Shown here: piece after piece, positions 56,028-64,000 of the stretch
Layout of the letters: each line of letters starts with the position of its first letter
Numbering within the stretch: the first letter of the stretch is position 1
Assembly: GCA_047605105.1 (NCBI GenBank)
Contig: JASGGH010000004.1
Coordinates: forward strand, 4,320 to 68,319
Reading direction: 5' to 3'
DNA from: Novosphingobium sp.
GTDB lineage: Bacteria > Pseudomonadota > Alphaproteobacteria > Sphingomonadales > Sphingomonadaceae
DNA: 64,000 nt
Made by a program: the position numbers and the translations under genes
Notes under the pieces: generated by a model
The model's input: the letters and a program-made list of their open reading frames with translations, nothing else
The model's database searches: none
Told to the model about the DNA's origin: nothing

Positions 56028-56765
56028 GTGGGCAAGACGATCGCGATTACCGGCGCCGGAGACGGACTGGGAAGGGCGCTCGCCCGCCGCTTCGCCAAGG
56101 ATGGCGATACTGTGATCCTGCTGGGCCGGACCCTCGCCAAGGTCGAGGCCGTCGCCGCCGAGCTCGGCGGCGGGCACATCGCGGTACAGTGCGATGTCGG
56201 CAACCCGGCATCGGTCCGCGCCGCTTTCGAGACGATCGGAAAGACGCACCCCAGGATCGACGTGCTGATCAACAACGCCGGGATCTTCGAGCCCTATACG
56301 ATCCAGGAAGCCACCGACGAGCAGATCCTGGCGATGTTGCACACCAATCTCGGCGGTCCGATCTTCTGCATGCGTGAAGGCCTCAAGCTGCTGTCGCGCG
56401 GCGGCCACGTGATCAACGTGACGAGCGAATCCATCCAGGTGAAGTTCCCGATGCTGTGGCTCTACGAGGGGACCAAGGTGGCGGTGGAGCATCTCAGCGA
56501 ATCGATCGGCCGCGATCTCGAGGCCGAGGGAATCCGCACGACGGTGGTTCGCGCGGGGCAGATGATGGACGAGACCAAGACCTCCTCGCCGTGGCCGATG
56601 GACGTCACCGTCCGCTTCCATCAGAGCTGCGCGGCGGTGGGCCTCAATCTGCGCGAGCGCCCGATCTCGCACTACAATTCGATCACCGATGCCTTCCGCG
56701 CCGTCATCGACAGCCCGGCGGACGTCAATATTCCCCTGGTTGCGCTCAGCGGCTGGAAGGCCTGA
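56028..56765 (+). CDS. SDR oxidoreductase
   Basis: ITGAGDGLG, NNAG, YEGTK; GTG start after AGAGGAG. Confidence 0.88.
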   Translation: MGKTIAITGAGDGLGRALARRFAKDGDTVILLGRTLAKVEAVAAELGGGHIAVQCDVGNPASVRAAFETIGKTHPRIDVLINNAGIFEPYTIQEATDEQILAMLHTNLGGPIFCMREGLKLLSRGGHVINVTSESIQVKFPMLWLYEGTKVAVEHLSESIGRDLEAEGIRTTVVRAGQMMDETKTSSPWPMDVTVRFHQSCAAVGLNLRERPISHYNSITDAFRAVIDSPADVNIPLVALSGWKA

Positions 56766-56814
56766 TCGGCCGGCCCCACATCCCTCGAGAATTGCAGAAC
56801 ATAGGAAGACAAAA

Positions 56815-58287
56815 ATGGCCCAGCTCCCCGACGTCAAACTCTTCATCGATGGCCAGCTTCGCGATGCGGCCGGCGGCAGGACTTACGACGTGATCGGTCC
56901 CTGGACCGGCGAGCCGGTCTTCAAGGCCGCCGATGCCACCGCCGAAGACGTCGATGCCGCGATCGCCGCCGCCCGCCGGGCCTTCGACACGACCGACTGG
57001 TCGACCAATGTCGAGAAGCGCGTCGCGCTCGTGAAGAAGTACCGCGAACTGTTCGAGCAGAACCGTGCGCGTCTCGCCGAACTCGCCGTCAACGAGGCCG
57101 GCGCGGCGCAGGGTGCGGTCAACCGCGCCCACGTCGACATGGCGCTCGATGGCTGGGACGATTACATCCGCGTCTTCCCCGAGGTGAAGTGGGAGAAGGA
57201 CTACGGCACCCGCGCGGCCTTCGGCATGAACCACAAGCGCATCGCGGTGTACGAGCCGGTCGGCGTCGTCGCGGCGATCACGCCGTGGAACGTTCCGCTC
57301 TACGTCAACATCGGCAAGGTCGTGGCCGCGCTGCTCGCCGGCTGCACCGTGATCCTCAAGCCCGCCCCGAACACCCCCGGCCTGGGCGCGATCTTCGGTG
57401 AGCTGGCCGTCGAGGCCGGCTTCCCGGCGGGCGTCATCAACGTCGTCTTCGGCGAGGACCCGGCGCTCGCCGGCGAGATGCTGGTCCAGGACCCGCGCGT
57501 CGACCTCATTTCCTTCACCGGCTCGACCGGCGTCGGCAAGCGTATCATGGAGCAGGGCGCCAAGACCCTGAAGCGCGTGTTCCTCGAGCTCGGCGGCAAG
57601 TCCTGCCGCATCGTGCTCGACGACGATCCGAACTTCCAGATGGACGTGGCCATGGGCATGCTGGTGTTCCACGCCGGCCAGGGCTGTGCCGTCCAGTCGC
57701 GCCTGCTGGTGCCCGAGAGCCGCTACGAGGAAGCCAAGGCGATCCTCAAGGGAGCCTACGGCAACTTCGGCGACAACTGGGGCGACGTGAACGAGCCCGG
57801 CCACATCATGGGGCCGGTCATCTCCAAGCGCCAGATGGAGCGCGTGCTCAGCTACATCGAGATCGGCAAGCAGGAAGGCGCCACGCTGCTCCACGGCGGC
57901 AACGCCCGTCCGGACAAGGGCGGCGGCTACTTCATCGAGCCGACGGTCTTCGTCGATGTCACCAACGACATGCGCATCGCCCGGGAAGAGATCTTCGGCC
58001 CGGTCCTGGTGGTCATTCCCTACAAGGACGATGAGGACGCGATCCGCATCGCCAACGAAAGCGACTACGGCCTGTCGGGCGGCGTCAACGGCGGCGATCA
58101 CGAGCGCATGATGAACATCGCCAAGCGCGTCCGCACCGGCTCGTTCAGCGTCAACAACGGCATGTGCATCGCCGGCGACATTCCCTTCGGCGGCTACAAG
58201 GCCAGCGGCATCGGCCGCGAATGGGGCGTCGAGGGCATCGAGGAGTTCCTCGAGACCAAGCTGATCGCCTACACCGTCGCGGCCTGA
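56815..58287 (+). CDS. Aldehyde dehydrogenase
   Basis: TPWN, FTGST, LELGGKS, GQGC, EEIFGP. Confidence 0.95.
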   Translation: MAQLPDVKLFIDGQLRDAAGGRTYDVIGPWTGEPVFKAADATAEDVDAAIAAARRAFDTTDWSTNVEKRVALVKKYRELFEQNRARLAELAVNEAGAAQGAVNRAHVDMALDGWDDYIRVFPEVKWEKDYGTRAAFGMNHKRIAVYEPVGVVAAITPWNVPLYVNIGKVVAALLAGCTVILKPAPNTPGLGAIFGELAVEAGFPAGVINVVFGEDPALAGEMLVQDPRVDLISFTGSTGVGKRIMEQGAKTLKRVFLELGGKSCRIVLDDDPNFQMDVAMGMLVFHAGQGCAVQSRLLVPESRYEEAKAILKGAYGNFGDNWGDVNEPGHIMGPVISKRQMERVLSYIEIGKQEGATLLHGGNARPDKGGGYFIEPTVFVDVTNDMRIAREEIFGPVLVVIPYKDDEDAIRIANESDYGLSGGVNGGDHERMMNIAKRVRTGSFSVNNGMCIAGDIPFGGYKASGIGREWGVEGIEEFLETKLIAYTVAA

Positions 58288-58288
58288 G

Positions 58289-59023
58289 GTGGCCAAGGCC
58301 GCGCAGCAGCTGGAGACCGGGGAGGGGAGCGGAGCCGCTCCTCTCCCCACTCTCGCGATTGCGGATGCGGTCAGCCACAATCTGGCCGGGCAAAGGCTCG
58401 GTCGGAAAGGGCGTGACACCCGTGACCGGATCATCGCCGCCGCGGTCGAGCTCATCTATTGTTCGCCGGCGGAAACTCAGGTTTCGCTCAGCGCCGTGGC
58501 ACGTCAGGCCAATCTCGGCATGACATCGCTGTACAACTACTTCAGTGACTTGCCCGAGCTTCTTCTTGCACTGCTCGAAGGCGTGATGACGACGGCCGAG
58601 GAACACTACCTCGCGCTGATGCGGACGCGCTGGCCGAACGAGGAACTGGTCGAGCGCTGCTACCAGTTCGTTTCGGGCTACCACGGCTTCTGGACGCGCC
58701 ACACCCGGCTGCTCCACTTGCGCAACAGCCTGTCCGACAACGGCGATCAGCGGATGATCGACCAGCGTGTCGGGGCGACCCAGCCGATCATCCGCCGGAT
58801 CGTCGAGCAGATGGACGGCGATCCCCGCGCTCCGCGCTCGCCGGAGTTCGCCATGGCCACGGTGCTGATGATCGGCATCGAGCGCTCGGTGACGATCGCC
58901 ACCGACCGCGAACTGCCGATGCTGATCGCCCAGGACATCCAGCACGACGGGGGGCACTTCCTGCGCCCCTGTGCGCGCCTGATGGAAATGGCGATCTGGG
59001 ACATGCGGCGCGGGAAGGCATAA
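58289..59023 (+). CDS. TetR-family regulator
   Basis: TRDRIIAAAVEL...SLSAVARQANLGMTSLYNYF. Confidence 0.85.
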   Translation: MAKAAQQLETGEGSGAAPLPTLAIADAVSHNLAGQRLGRKGRDTRDRIIAAAVELIYCSPAETQVSLSAVARQANLGMTSLYNYFSDLPELLLALLEGVMTTAEEHYLALMRTRWPNEELVERCYQFVSGYHGFWTRHTRLLHLRNSLSDNGDQRMIDQRVGATQPIIRRIVEQMDGDPRAPRSPEFAMATVLMIGIERSVTIATDRELPMLIAQDIQHDGGHFLRPCARLMEMAIWDMRRGKA

Positions 59024-59184
59024 TCCGGCGGGTTGAAAAACCATTTTCCTACATTGCCGTGGATCGTCATGACCGGCTTGCGACGGGTGGTCGCGAGTCT
59101 TTGAAATCGTCGGCTCTGTAGGGAATCTGTCACCTGGACGTGGCGATGCAAGTCGTTGGATGGTTCAGGTTTTTTCCGGACGAA

Positions 59185-59213
59185 AGGGTGACAACCCCTG
59201 GATTTGTCACCCT
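59185..59213. other. Inverted repeat in a long convergent intergenic region
   Basis: AGGGTGACAA-N9-TTGTCACCCT. Confidence 0.55.
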
Positions 59214-59244
59214 CTTCGGCTCGCCGGATCATCGGCGGCGGTCG

Positions 59245-60054
59245 CTACTTGCCCTTGCCGCCGACGCCCTTGAGGTACTTCTCCATGCCTTCGAGATAGG
59301 CCGGGTTGAGCATCAGCCCGCTATTGGCCATGCGCTCGATATGGCGCCCGCTGTCGCGGCCGACCTCGGCGATCAGTTCGATCGCGACCTTGGCCGCGCC
59401 CATCTGCTCCCCGTTCTGCTTGGTCAGGTGGCGGCAGAAGTCCATCACCTCGGCCTCGAACACGTCGTCCTCGTAGACCTGGTGGACCAGGCCCATGGTG
59501 AAGGCCATGTCGGCGCTGGCCGGCTTGTTGGCCATGATCAGCCAGCGCGCCCAGTGCGGGCCGCAGAGGCGGGTGAGCCGCGAGACACCGCCCGAGGCGG
59601 GGAGCACGCCGAACAGGCCTTCGGGGAAGGCATAGCTCGCGCTCCTGGCCGCCAGGCGGAAGTCGCAGGACAGGCTCATCTCCAGCCCGCCGCCGACGCA
59701 GGTGGCATGGTGCGCGGCGACGATGGGCTTCTCGATGTGCTCCATCTCGTCCCACAGCTGCTGCATGTTGTTGAGGTTGAGCCGGTGGTTCTCGCGAATC
59801 CCGCTGGCGGTGTGCGGCGTCGGCGAGATCTTCTTCTGCCCGCCGCGCAGGTCCGCCCCGGCGGTGAAGTACCGCCCGTGCGAGTTGATCAGCATCACTT
59901 TCAGCTCGGGCGTGTCGCGGAAGCGCAGCACGGCCTCGGTCAGCAGCTCCATCATCTGCATCGAGATGGCGTTGAGCTTGTCGGGACGGTTCAGAGTGGC
60001 GACCAGGATGCCTTCTTCGGGCGTGCTCACCAGCAGGTGCGGTTCTTCGCTCAT
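59245..60054 (-). CDS. Enoyl-CoA hydratase/isomerase family protein
   Basis: LNRPDKLNA, FTAGADL, GGGLE, FPE. Confidence 0.92.
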   Translation of the reverse strand: MSEEPHLLVSTPEEGILVATLNRPDKLNAISMQMMELLTEAVLRFRDTPELKVMLINSHGRYFTAGADLRGGQKKISPTPHTASGIRENHRLNLNNMQQLWDEMEHIEKPIVAAHHATCVGGGLEMSLSCDFRLAARSASYAFPEGLFGVLPASGGVSRLTRLCGPHWARWLIMANKPASADMAFTMGLVHQVYEDDVFEAEVMDFCRHLTKQNGEQMGAAKVAIELIAEVGRDSGRHIERMANSGLMLNPAYLEGMEKYLKGVGGKGK

Positions 60055-60066
60055 GTGACCGGCTCC

Positions 60067-62274
60067 TCAACCACGTGTCCGCGGCAGGCCTAGGCCCTTT
60101 TCCGCGATCATCGAGCGGTGCACCTCGCTCGACCCGCCGTAGATCGTGGTGCCGTGGGCGTGGCGGTATTCCAGGTTGACCGCCCCGGCCGCGCCCTTGC
60201 GCTTGGACAGCGAATAGGGGGCGGTGAGGTCGAGCAGGTCGCGCGAATCCGTGGTGAACTTCTCGGAAGAGAACATCTTGGCCATCGGGCCGTAGGCATG
60301 ATTGGCCTTCTTCTCGACCTGGGCCCAATTGGCGCGGAAGGCGATCAGTTCGCTGGCGAGGGTATTGGCATAGGTCCGGGCGAGCCGGGCCTGGGCGTGG
60401 GGCTGGTCGATCAGCTTGCCGTTGCCGGGCGCGGGTATCTCACGGCAAAGTTCGACCGCGGCCTCCAGCATGGCGCGCTGGACCTTGGCGAAGCCGCCGC
60501 CGTGCTCGAGCTCGAGGCTGGCCGCCATGGTCCGCGCGCCGCCGTCGATCTCGCCGAGGCGCCAGGTGTCGGGGATCTTCACCCCATCGTAGAAGGTGAT
60601 GTTGGTGCGTTCGTCCATGAAGGTCTCGACGCCCTGGACGGTCACGCCTTCGGCCTTCAGCGGCACGATGAACATGGTCAGGCCCTTGTGCTTGGGCACG
60701 TCGGGGTTGGTGCGGGTGAGCATCAGGACATAGTCGGTCAGGTTCGCGCCCGAGGTCCACATCTTGGTGCCGTCGATCCGCCAGGAGCCGTCGGGCTCCT
60801 GGGTCGCCTTGCACTGCGCGGCGAAGACGTCGGAGCCGCAGCCGGGCTCCGAATAGCCGAGCGAGCAGATCGCGTCGCCCGACATGACCTTGCTCAGCAC
60901 GTCGCGCTTCAGCTCGTCGGTGCCGAAGCGGTACATGATGAGGGCGACCATCTGGGCGACATTGGCGACAGGGTTGTTCCAGCCCACTTCCTCGAAGGCA
61001 TCGCGCGCGGCGGTGACCTCGTAGGGCGAGAGCCCGCGGCCGCCGACGTCCTTGGGCAGCTGCAGGTAGGCGAGGTTGGCTTCGACCAGCTTCTTGTGGA
61101 TGTGCGGGCGGTGGCCCTCCCACGAGAAGTGGAAGTTGTCCTTCTCTTCCTGGGTCACGTTCTTGGCGAAGAAGTCGCGGATCTCCTGCTTGATCCTGCG
61201 GGCATCGTCGCCGAGGTCGAATTCGACCGGAACCTCGCCGACGGGGGGCAGGCTGGCGGCCTCGCCGCCGTAGAGGCGGCGGCCGGCCTCGGCGAGGTGG
61301 GTCTGCGGATCGCCGCCGATCAGCGGCCAGGCCTTGGCGCGCAGGTTGTAGAGGTGGATGTCGTGCTCGGTGGTGAGGCCGATGCCGCCGAAGGTGTGCA
61401 GCGAATGCGTCACCGTGCGGCCCGCCGTCTCGGCGGTCCACCAGGCGGCGAGGCTGATCATGCCGCCGGCCTCCTTCTCGCCGTCGGCGATGGCGCGGAT
61501 CGCCCGCCAGACCAGGAACTTGCCGCCGTCGATCTCGCAGATCAGATCGGCCATCGGATGGCTGATCGCCTGGAAGGTGCCGATGAACACGCCGAAGGCC
61601 TTGCGCTCGCCGGCATAGGCCGCGGCCATGGTCAGCGCGGCGCGCGAGAGGCCGGAGAGCGCCGCGGCGATCAGCAGCTTCCATTCCTCGACCCCGCCGG
61701 CGAAGGCCGCCAGGGCATCGGCGCCGCTGGCCAGGATCGTGGCCGGCAGGCTGCCCAGGTCGATCTCGGCGATCGGGGTCGAGGCGAGGTTCTCTTCGGC
61801 GACGCGGGCTTCGGCCGGGACCGAGACCAGGACCACGTCGTCGCCCCGGCGCGCGATCACGGCTTCGGCGACCAGGCCGCCGGAAACCCACTGCCGGGGC
61901 TGCTCGGCAATGTCCTGCATCGCGATCGTGGCAACGGCTTCGCCCGCGATCACCCGGCCGAGCAGCTCCGCGGCACCGCCGAGTTCGGCGAGGAGACGGG
62001 CCGCGACCAGCGCTTCGGCGAGCGGTCCGGAAGCGAGGGTGCGCCCGGCCTCTTCCATCACGACCGCGGCGTCGAACAGGCCCATGCCCAGCCCGCCGGC
62101 TTCTTCCGGCACGCGAATGCCGAAGGCGCCCAGCTCGGCAAGTCCGGCCCACAGCTCGGCATCGAAGCCCGAGGGCAGGGCAGCGCGCACCCGGGCGGGG
62201 GAGCTGTTGTCGTCCAGGAAACGGGCAAAGGTGTCGCGGACCATTTCCTGATCGTCGGTGAGGTCGAAATTCAT
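60067..62274 (-). CDS. Two-domain fused acyl-CoA dehydrogenase
   Basis: N-half RKAFGVFIGTFQAI.H and FGGIG; C-half GYSEPGCGSD, GTKMWTS, TIYGGSSEV. Confidence 0.9.
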   Translation of the reverse strand: MNFDLTDDQEMVRDTFARFLDDNSSPARVRAALPSGFDAELWAGLAELGAFGIRVPEEAGGLGMGLFDAAVVMEEAGRTLASGPLAEALVAARLLAELGGAAELLGRVIAGEAVATIAMQDIAEQPRQWVSGGLVAEAVIARRGDDVVLVSVPAEARVAEENLASTPIAEIDLGSLPATILASGADALAAFAGGVEEWKLLIAAALSGLSRAALTMAAAYAGERKAFGVFIGTFQAISHPMADLICEIDGGKFLVWRAIRAIADGEKEAGGMISLAAWWTAETAGRTVTHSLHTFGGIGLTTEHDIHLYNLRAKAWPLIGGDPQTHLAEAGRRLYGGEAASLPPVGEVPVEFDLGDDARRIKQEIRDFFAKNVTQEEKDNFHFSWEGHRPHIHKKLVEANLAYLQLPKDVGGRGLSPYEVTAARDAFEEVGWNNPVANVAQMVALIMYRFGTDELKRDVLSKVMSGDAICSLGYSEPGCGSDVFAAQCKATQEPDGSWRIDGTKMWTSGANLTDYVLMLTRTNPDVPKHKGLTMFIVPLKAEGVTVQGVETFMDERTNITFYDGVKIPDTWRLGEIDGGARTMAASLELEHGGGFAKVQRAMLEAAVELCREIPAPGNGKLIDQPHAQARLARTYANTLASELIAFRANWAQVEKKANHAYGPMAKMFSSEKFTTDSRDLLDLTAPYSLSKRKGAAGAVNLEYRHAHGTTIYGGSSEVHRSMIAEKGLGLPRTRG

Positions 62275-62379
62275 GGATAGCAGCCTTCCCAGCAACAGTC
62301 GCCGCGCCCGCGCGCGTGCAATGGCTATCGTCTCAGCACGAGTGCCGAGTCAGTATCAATCGGATTTTGCGCGGACGAT

Positions 62380-62407
62380 CCGGGCAATCGCTCTGGCGAT
62401 TGCCCGG
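62380..62407. terminator. Strong hairpin downstream of the SDR gene
   Basis: CCGGGCAATCGC-TCTG-GCGATTGCCCGG; no clear T tract. Confidence 0.5.
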
Positions 62408-62416
62408 CCGTCACGA

Positions 62417-63250
62417 TCAGGCGTCGGCCTTGGGCCGGCCCATCATCTTGCTGATATCGACCTGGCCCGTGGCAAGGCCGCCCATGAAGCCGCCGTCGAC
62501 CGGCAGGACCACGCCGTTCACGACCGCGGCGGCATCGCTGCACAGCAGGACGAGCGGTCCCGCCTGCTCGGCCGGGGTCGTATAGCGGCCGAGCGGCTCG
62601 GCGGCGGCATCGACTATCTCCTTGCCCGAGGTGGCGTGGAAGGTGGCCATCATCGGGGTCTGGGTGGGTGAGGGCAGCGAGCAGTTGATGCGGATGCCCT
62701 TCTTGATCAGGTGGGCGCCCATGAACTGGGTCCAGACGATCACCGCCTCCTTCGAGAAGGCATAGCCCTCGGCGACGTGCTCGGGGTGGGCCTCGGCCCA
62801 GTCGGCCGCGGCCTGGAAACCCTGGGTCTGGAGCAGTTCCATGTGGACGGGAATGCGGCGGCTCCACCCCAGGCCGCCGGTCGAGGCGATCGAGGCGATG
62901 GCCGCGCCTTCGCCCATCAGCGGCACGACCTGGTCGGTCAGGTGGCGGGTGCCGATGAAGTTGACCTTGAAGGTGTCCATCGCCGGGAAGGCGCCGCCAC
63001 CGGCCAGGCCGGCGCAGTTGAACAGCGCGTCGATCTTGCCGCCGATCGCCTTGACCCCGGCTTCGATCGAGCCGGCGTCGCGCAGGTCGATCTGGTTGAA
63101 CGATGCGAGGGGCAGGGTGCTTGCCTTGAAGTCCAGCCCGTGCACTTCGGCGCCGAGGCCGAGCAGGATCTTGGCGGTCGCCTCGCCCATGCCGGAGAAG
63201 CAGCCGCTCACGATCACGCGCTTGCCCTTGTAGCCCAGAATGTCGCTCAT
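62417..63250 (-). CDS. SDR oxidoreductase (paralog of 2915-3775)
   Basis: VSGCFSGMG, NCAG, YAFSK; alternative start at 63256. Confidence 0.88.
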   Translation of the reverse strand: MSDILGYKGKRVIVSGCFSGMGEATAKILLGLGAEVHGLDFKASTLPLASFNQIDLRDAGSIEAGVKAIGGKIDALFNCAGLAGGGAFPAMDTFKVNFIGTRHLTDQVVPLMGEGAAIASIASTGGLGWSRRIPVHMELLQTQGFQAAADWAEAHPEHVAEGYAFSKEAVIVWTQFMGAHLIKKGIRINCSLPSPTQTPMMATFHATSGKEIVDAAAEPLGRYTTPAEQAGPLVLLCSDAAAVVNGVVLPVDGGFMGGLATGQVDISKMMGRPKADA

Positions 63251-63287
63251 CTTCATGTCTCCCAGGCCCGCGGGCCGTGTTGAAAAG

Positions 63288-63459
63288 TCAGTCCTCGACG
63301 ACCGCGACGACCCGCTCGGGACAGGCCCTTGCGCCGCGCCGGCACCTCGAAGCCTTCGCTGGCCACATAGCCATCGTCGTCGAGCGGATAGAGCGCTGCC
63401 GCCACCGCCGCACAGCGGGCGTTGCCCACGCAATGCGCTTTGTCGATGCGGATATTCAC
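63288..63459 (-). pseudogene. Frameshifted small ferredoxin (3Fe-4S/P450-partner type)
   Basis: MNIRIDKAHCVGNARC...GFEV in one frame, RRGARACPERVVAVVED* in another; 172 nt is not a multiple of 3. Confidence 0.75.
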
Positions 63460-63644
63460 AGCGCTCTCCTCTCGTGGTGGAGGCAATAGCGGGACCCGCG
63501 TTCCCACGCAAAGCTTTCACAAGCGCCCGGGGACGATCGCAGGGGCGATAGGCAGGGCGGCGGATGGCGGCGGCTTCCGCGACCTGATGGCCTCGGATCA
63601 TGAGCCAGCCGCGCTCCTGCAGCGGCAGGGGCGAGGTGACGGTC

Positions 63645-64000
63645 TCAGGCTGCGGTCTGCAGAACCTTGATCTGGCCGGCGGGCTGATCCTCGCCGAGCA
63701 GGCAGTGGCGCAGGCTTTCGTTGAGGCATTCGAGCAGCGCCTCGACGTGGATGCCGCTGTCCGGCGTATAGACGAAACCGATCGCCAGGGGGTGGCCGGG
63801 CTCCTGCTCGGGCAGCAGGACGGTCAGGACCTCGGCCTTGGTGCCGAACCCGGCGAGCCCGCGCGAGTGGCCTTCGTCGCGGCACTTGTGGAGCATGTCG
63901 CTCATCTCGGCGAAAGCGAACTTGCGGTCTTCCGGGGCCTCGGCGATCAGCCGGCGGATCACTCCGTCGATCCGCGGCTGCGGGACGGTCGAGAGCAGCA
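63645..64000 (-). CDS. C-terminal part of a probable IclR-family regulator (truncated by the window edge)
   Basis: ...CRDEGHSRGLAGFGTKAEVLTVLLP...LAIGFV resembles the IclR effector domain. Confidence 0.55.
   Translation of the reverse strand, partial: LLSTVPQPRIDGVIRRLIAEAPEDRKFAFAEMSDMLHKCRDEGHSRGLAGFGTKAEVLTVLLPEQEPGHPLAIGFVYTPDSGIHVEALLECLNESLRHCLLGEDQPAGQIKVLQTAA

Noticed and set aside
1-64000. tRNA, rRNA, IS elements, prophage
   Set aside because: None recognisable by eye; tRNAscan, ISEScan and Rfam were not run

Overview
High-GC alphaproteobacterial DNA. The repeat families, TonB receptors and gene content suggest a sphingomonad such as Novosphingobium; this is an inference. The whole window is an accessory catabolic island for hydrophobic (aromatic, terpenoid or steroid-like) substrates. 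It holds nine SDRs, two Zn-dependent alcohol dehydrogenases, two aldehyde dehydrogenases, two beta-hydroxyacid dehydrogenases, a thiolase-like/DUF35 pair, a fused acyl-CoA dehydrogenase, an enoyl-CoA hydratase, two acyl-CoA synthetases, a tannase-family esterase, EmrAB-type efflux and many regulators. Three modules are embedded in it. (1) A coenzyme F420 biosynthesis cluster (cofC, fno, cofE, cofD, fbiC). (2) A putative sulfation/desulfation system: two sulfotransferases, a DUF1214-like protein, an SdsA-like metallo-beta-lactamase-fold sulfatase and cysD-cysNC-cysQ without sulfate-reduction genes. (3) Three tandem TonB-dependent receptors with similar signal peptides and near-identical terminators, low-GC internal patches and an in-frame G10 tract. 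Reading the intergenic gaps by hand reveals several 'hollowed-out' gene relics that keep their 5' and 3' ends but have lost the middle (DUF1214-like, TonB receptor, MFS transporter), plus a frameshifted ferredoxin. No rRNA, tRNA, CRISPR array or transposase was recognised. All calls come from motif recognition by eye, not from database searches.
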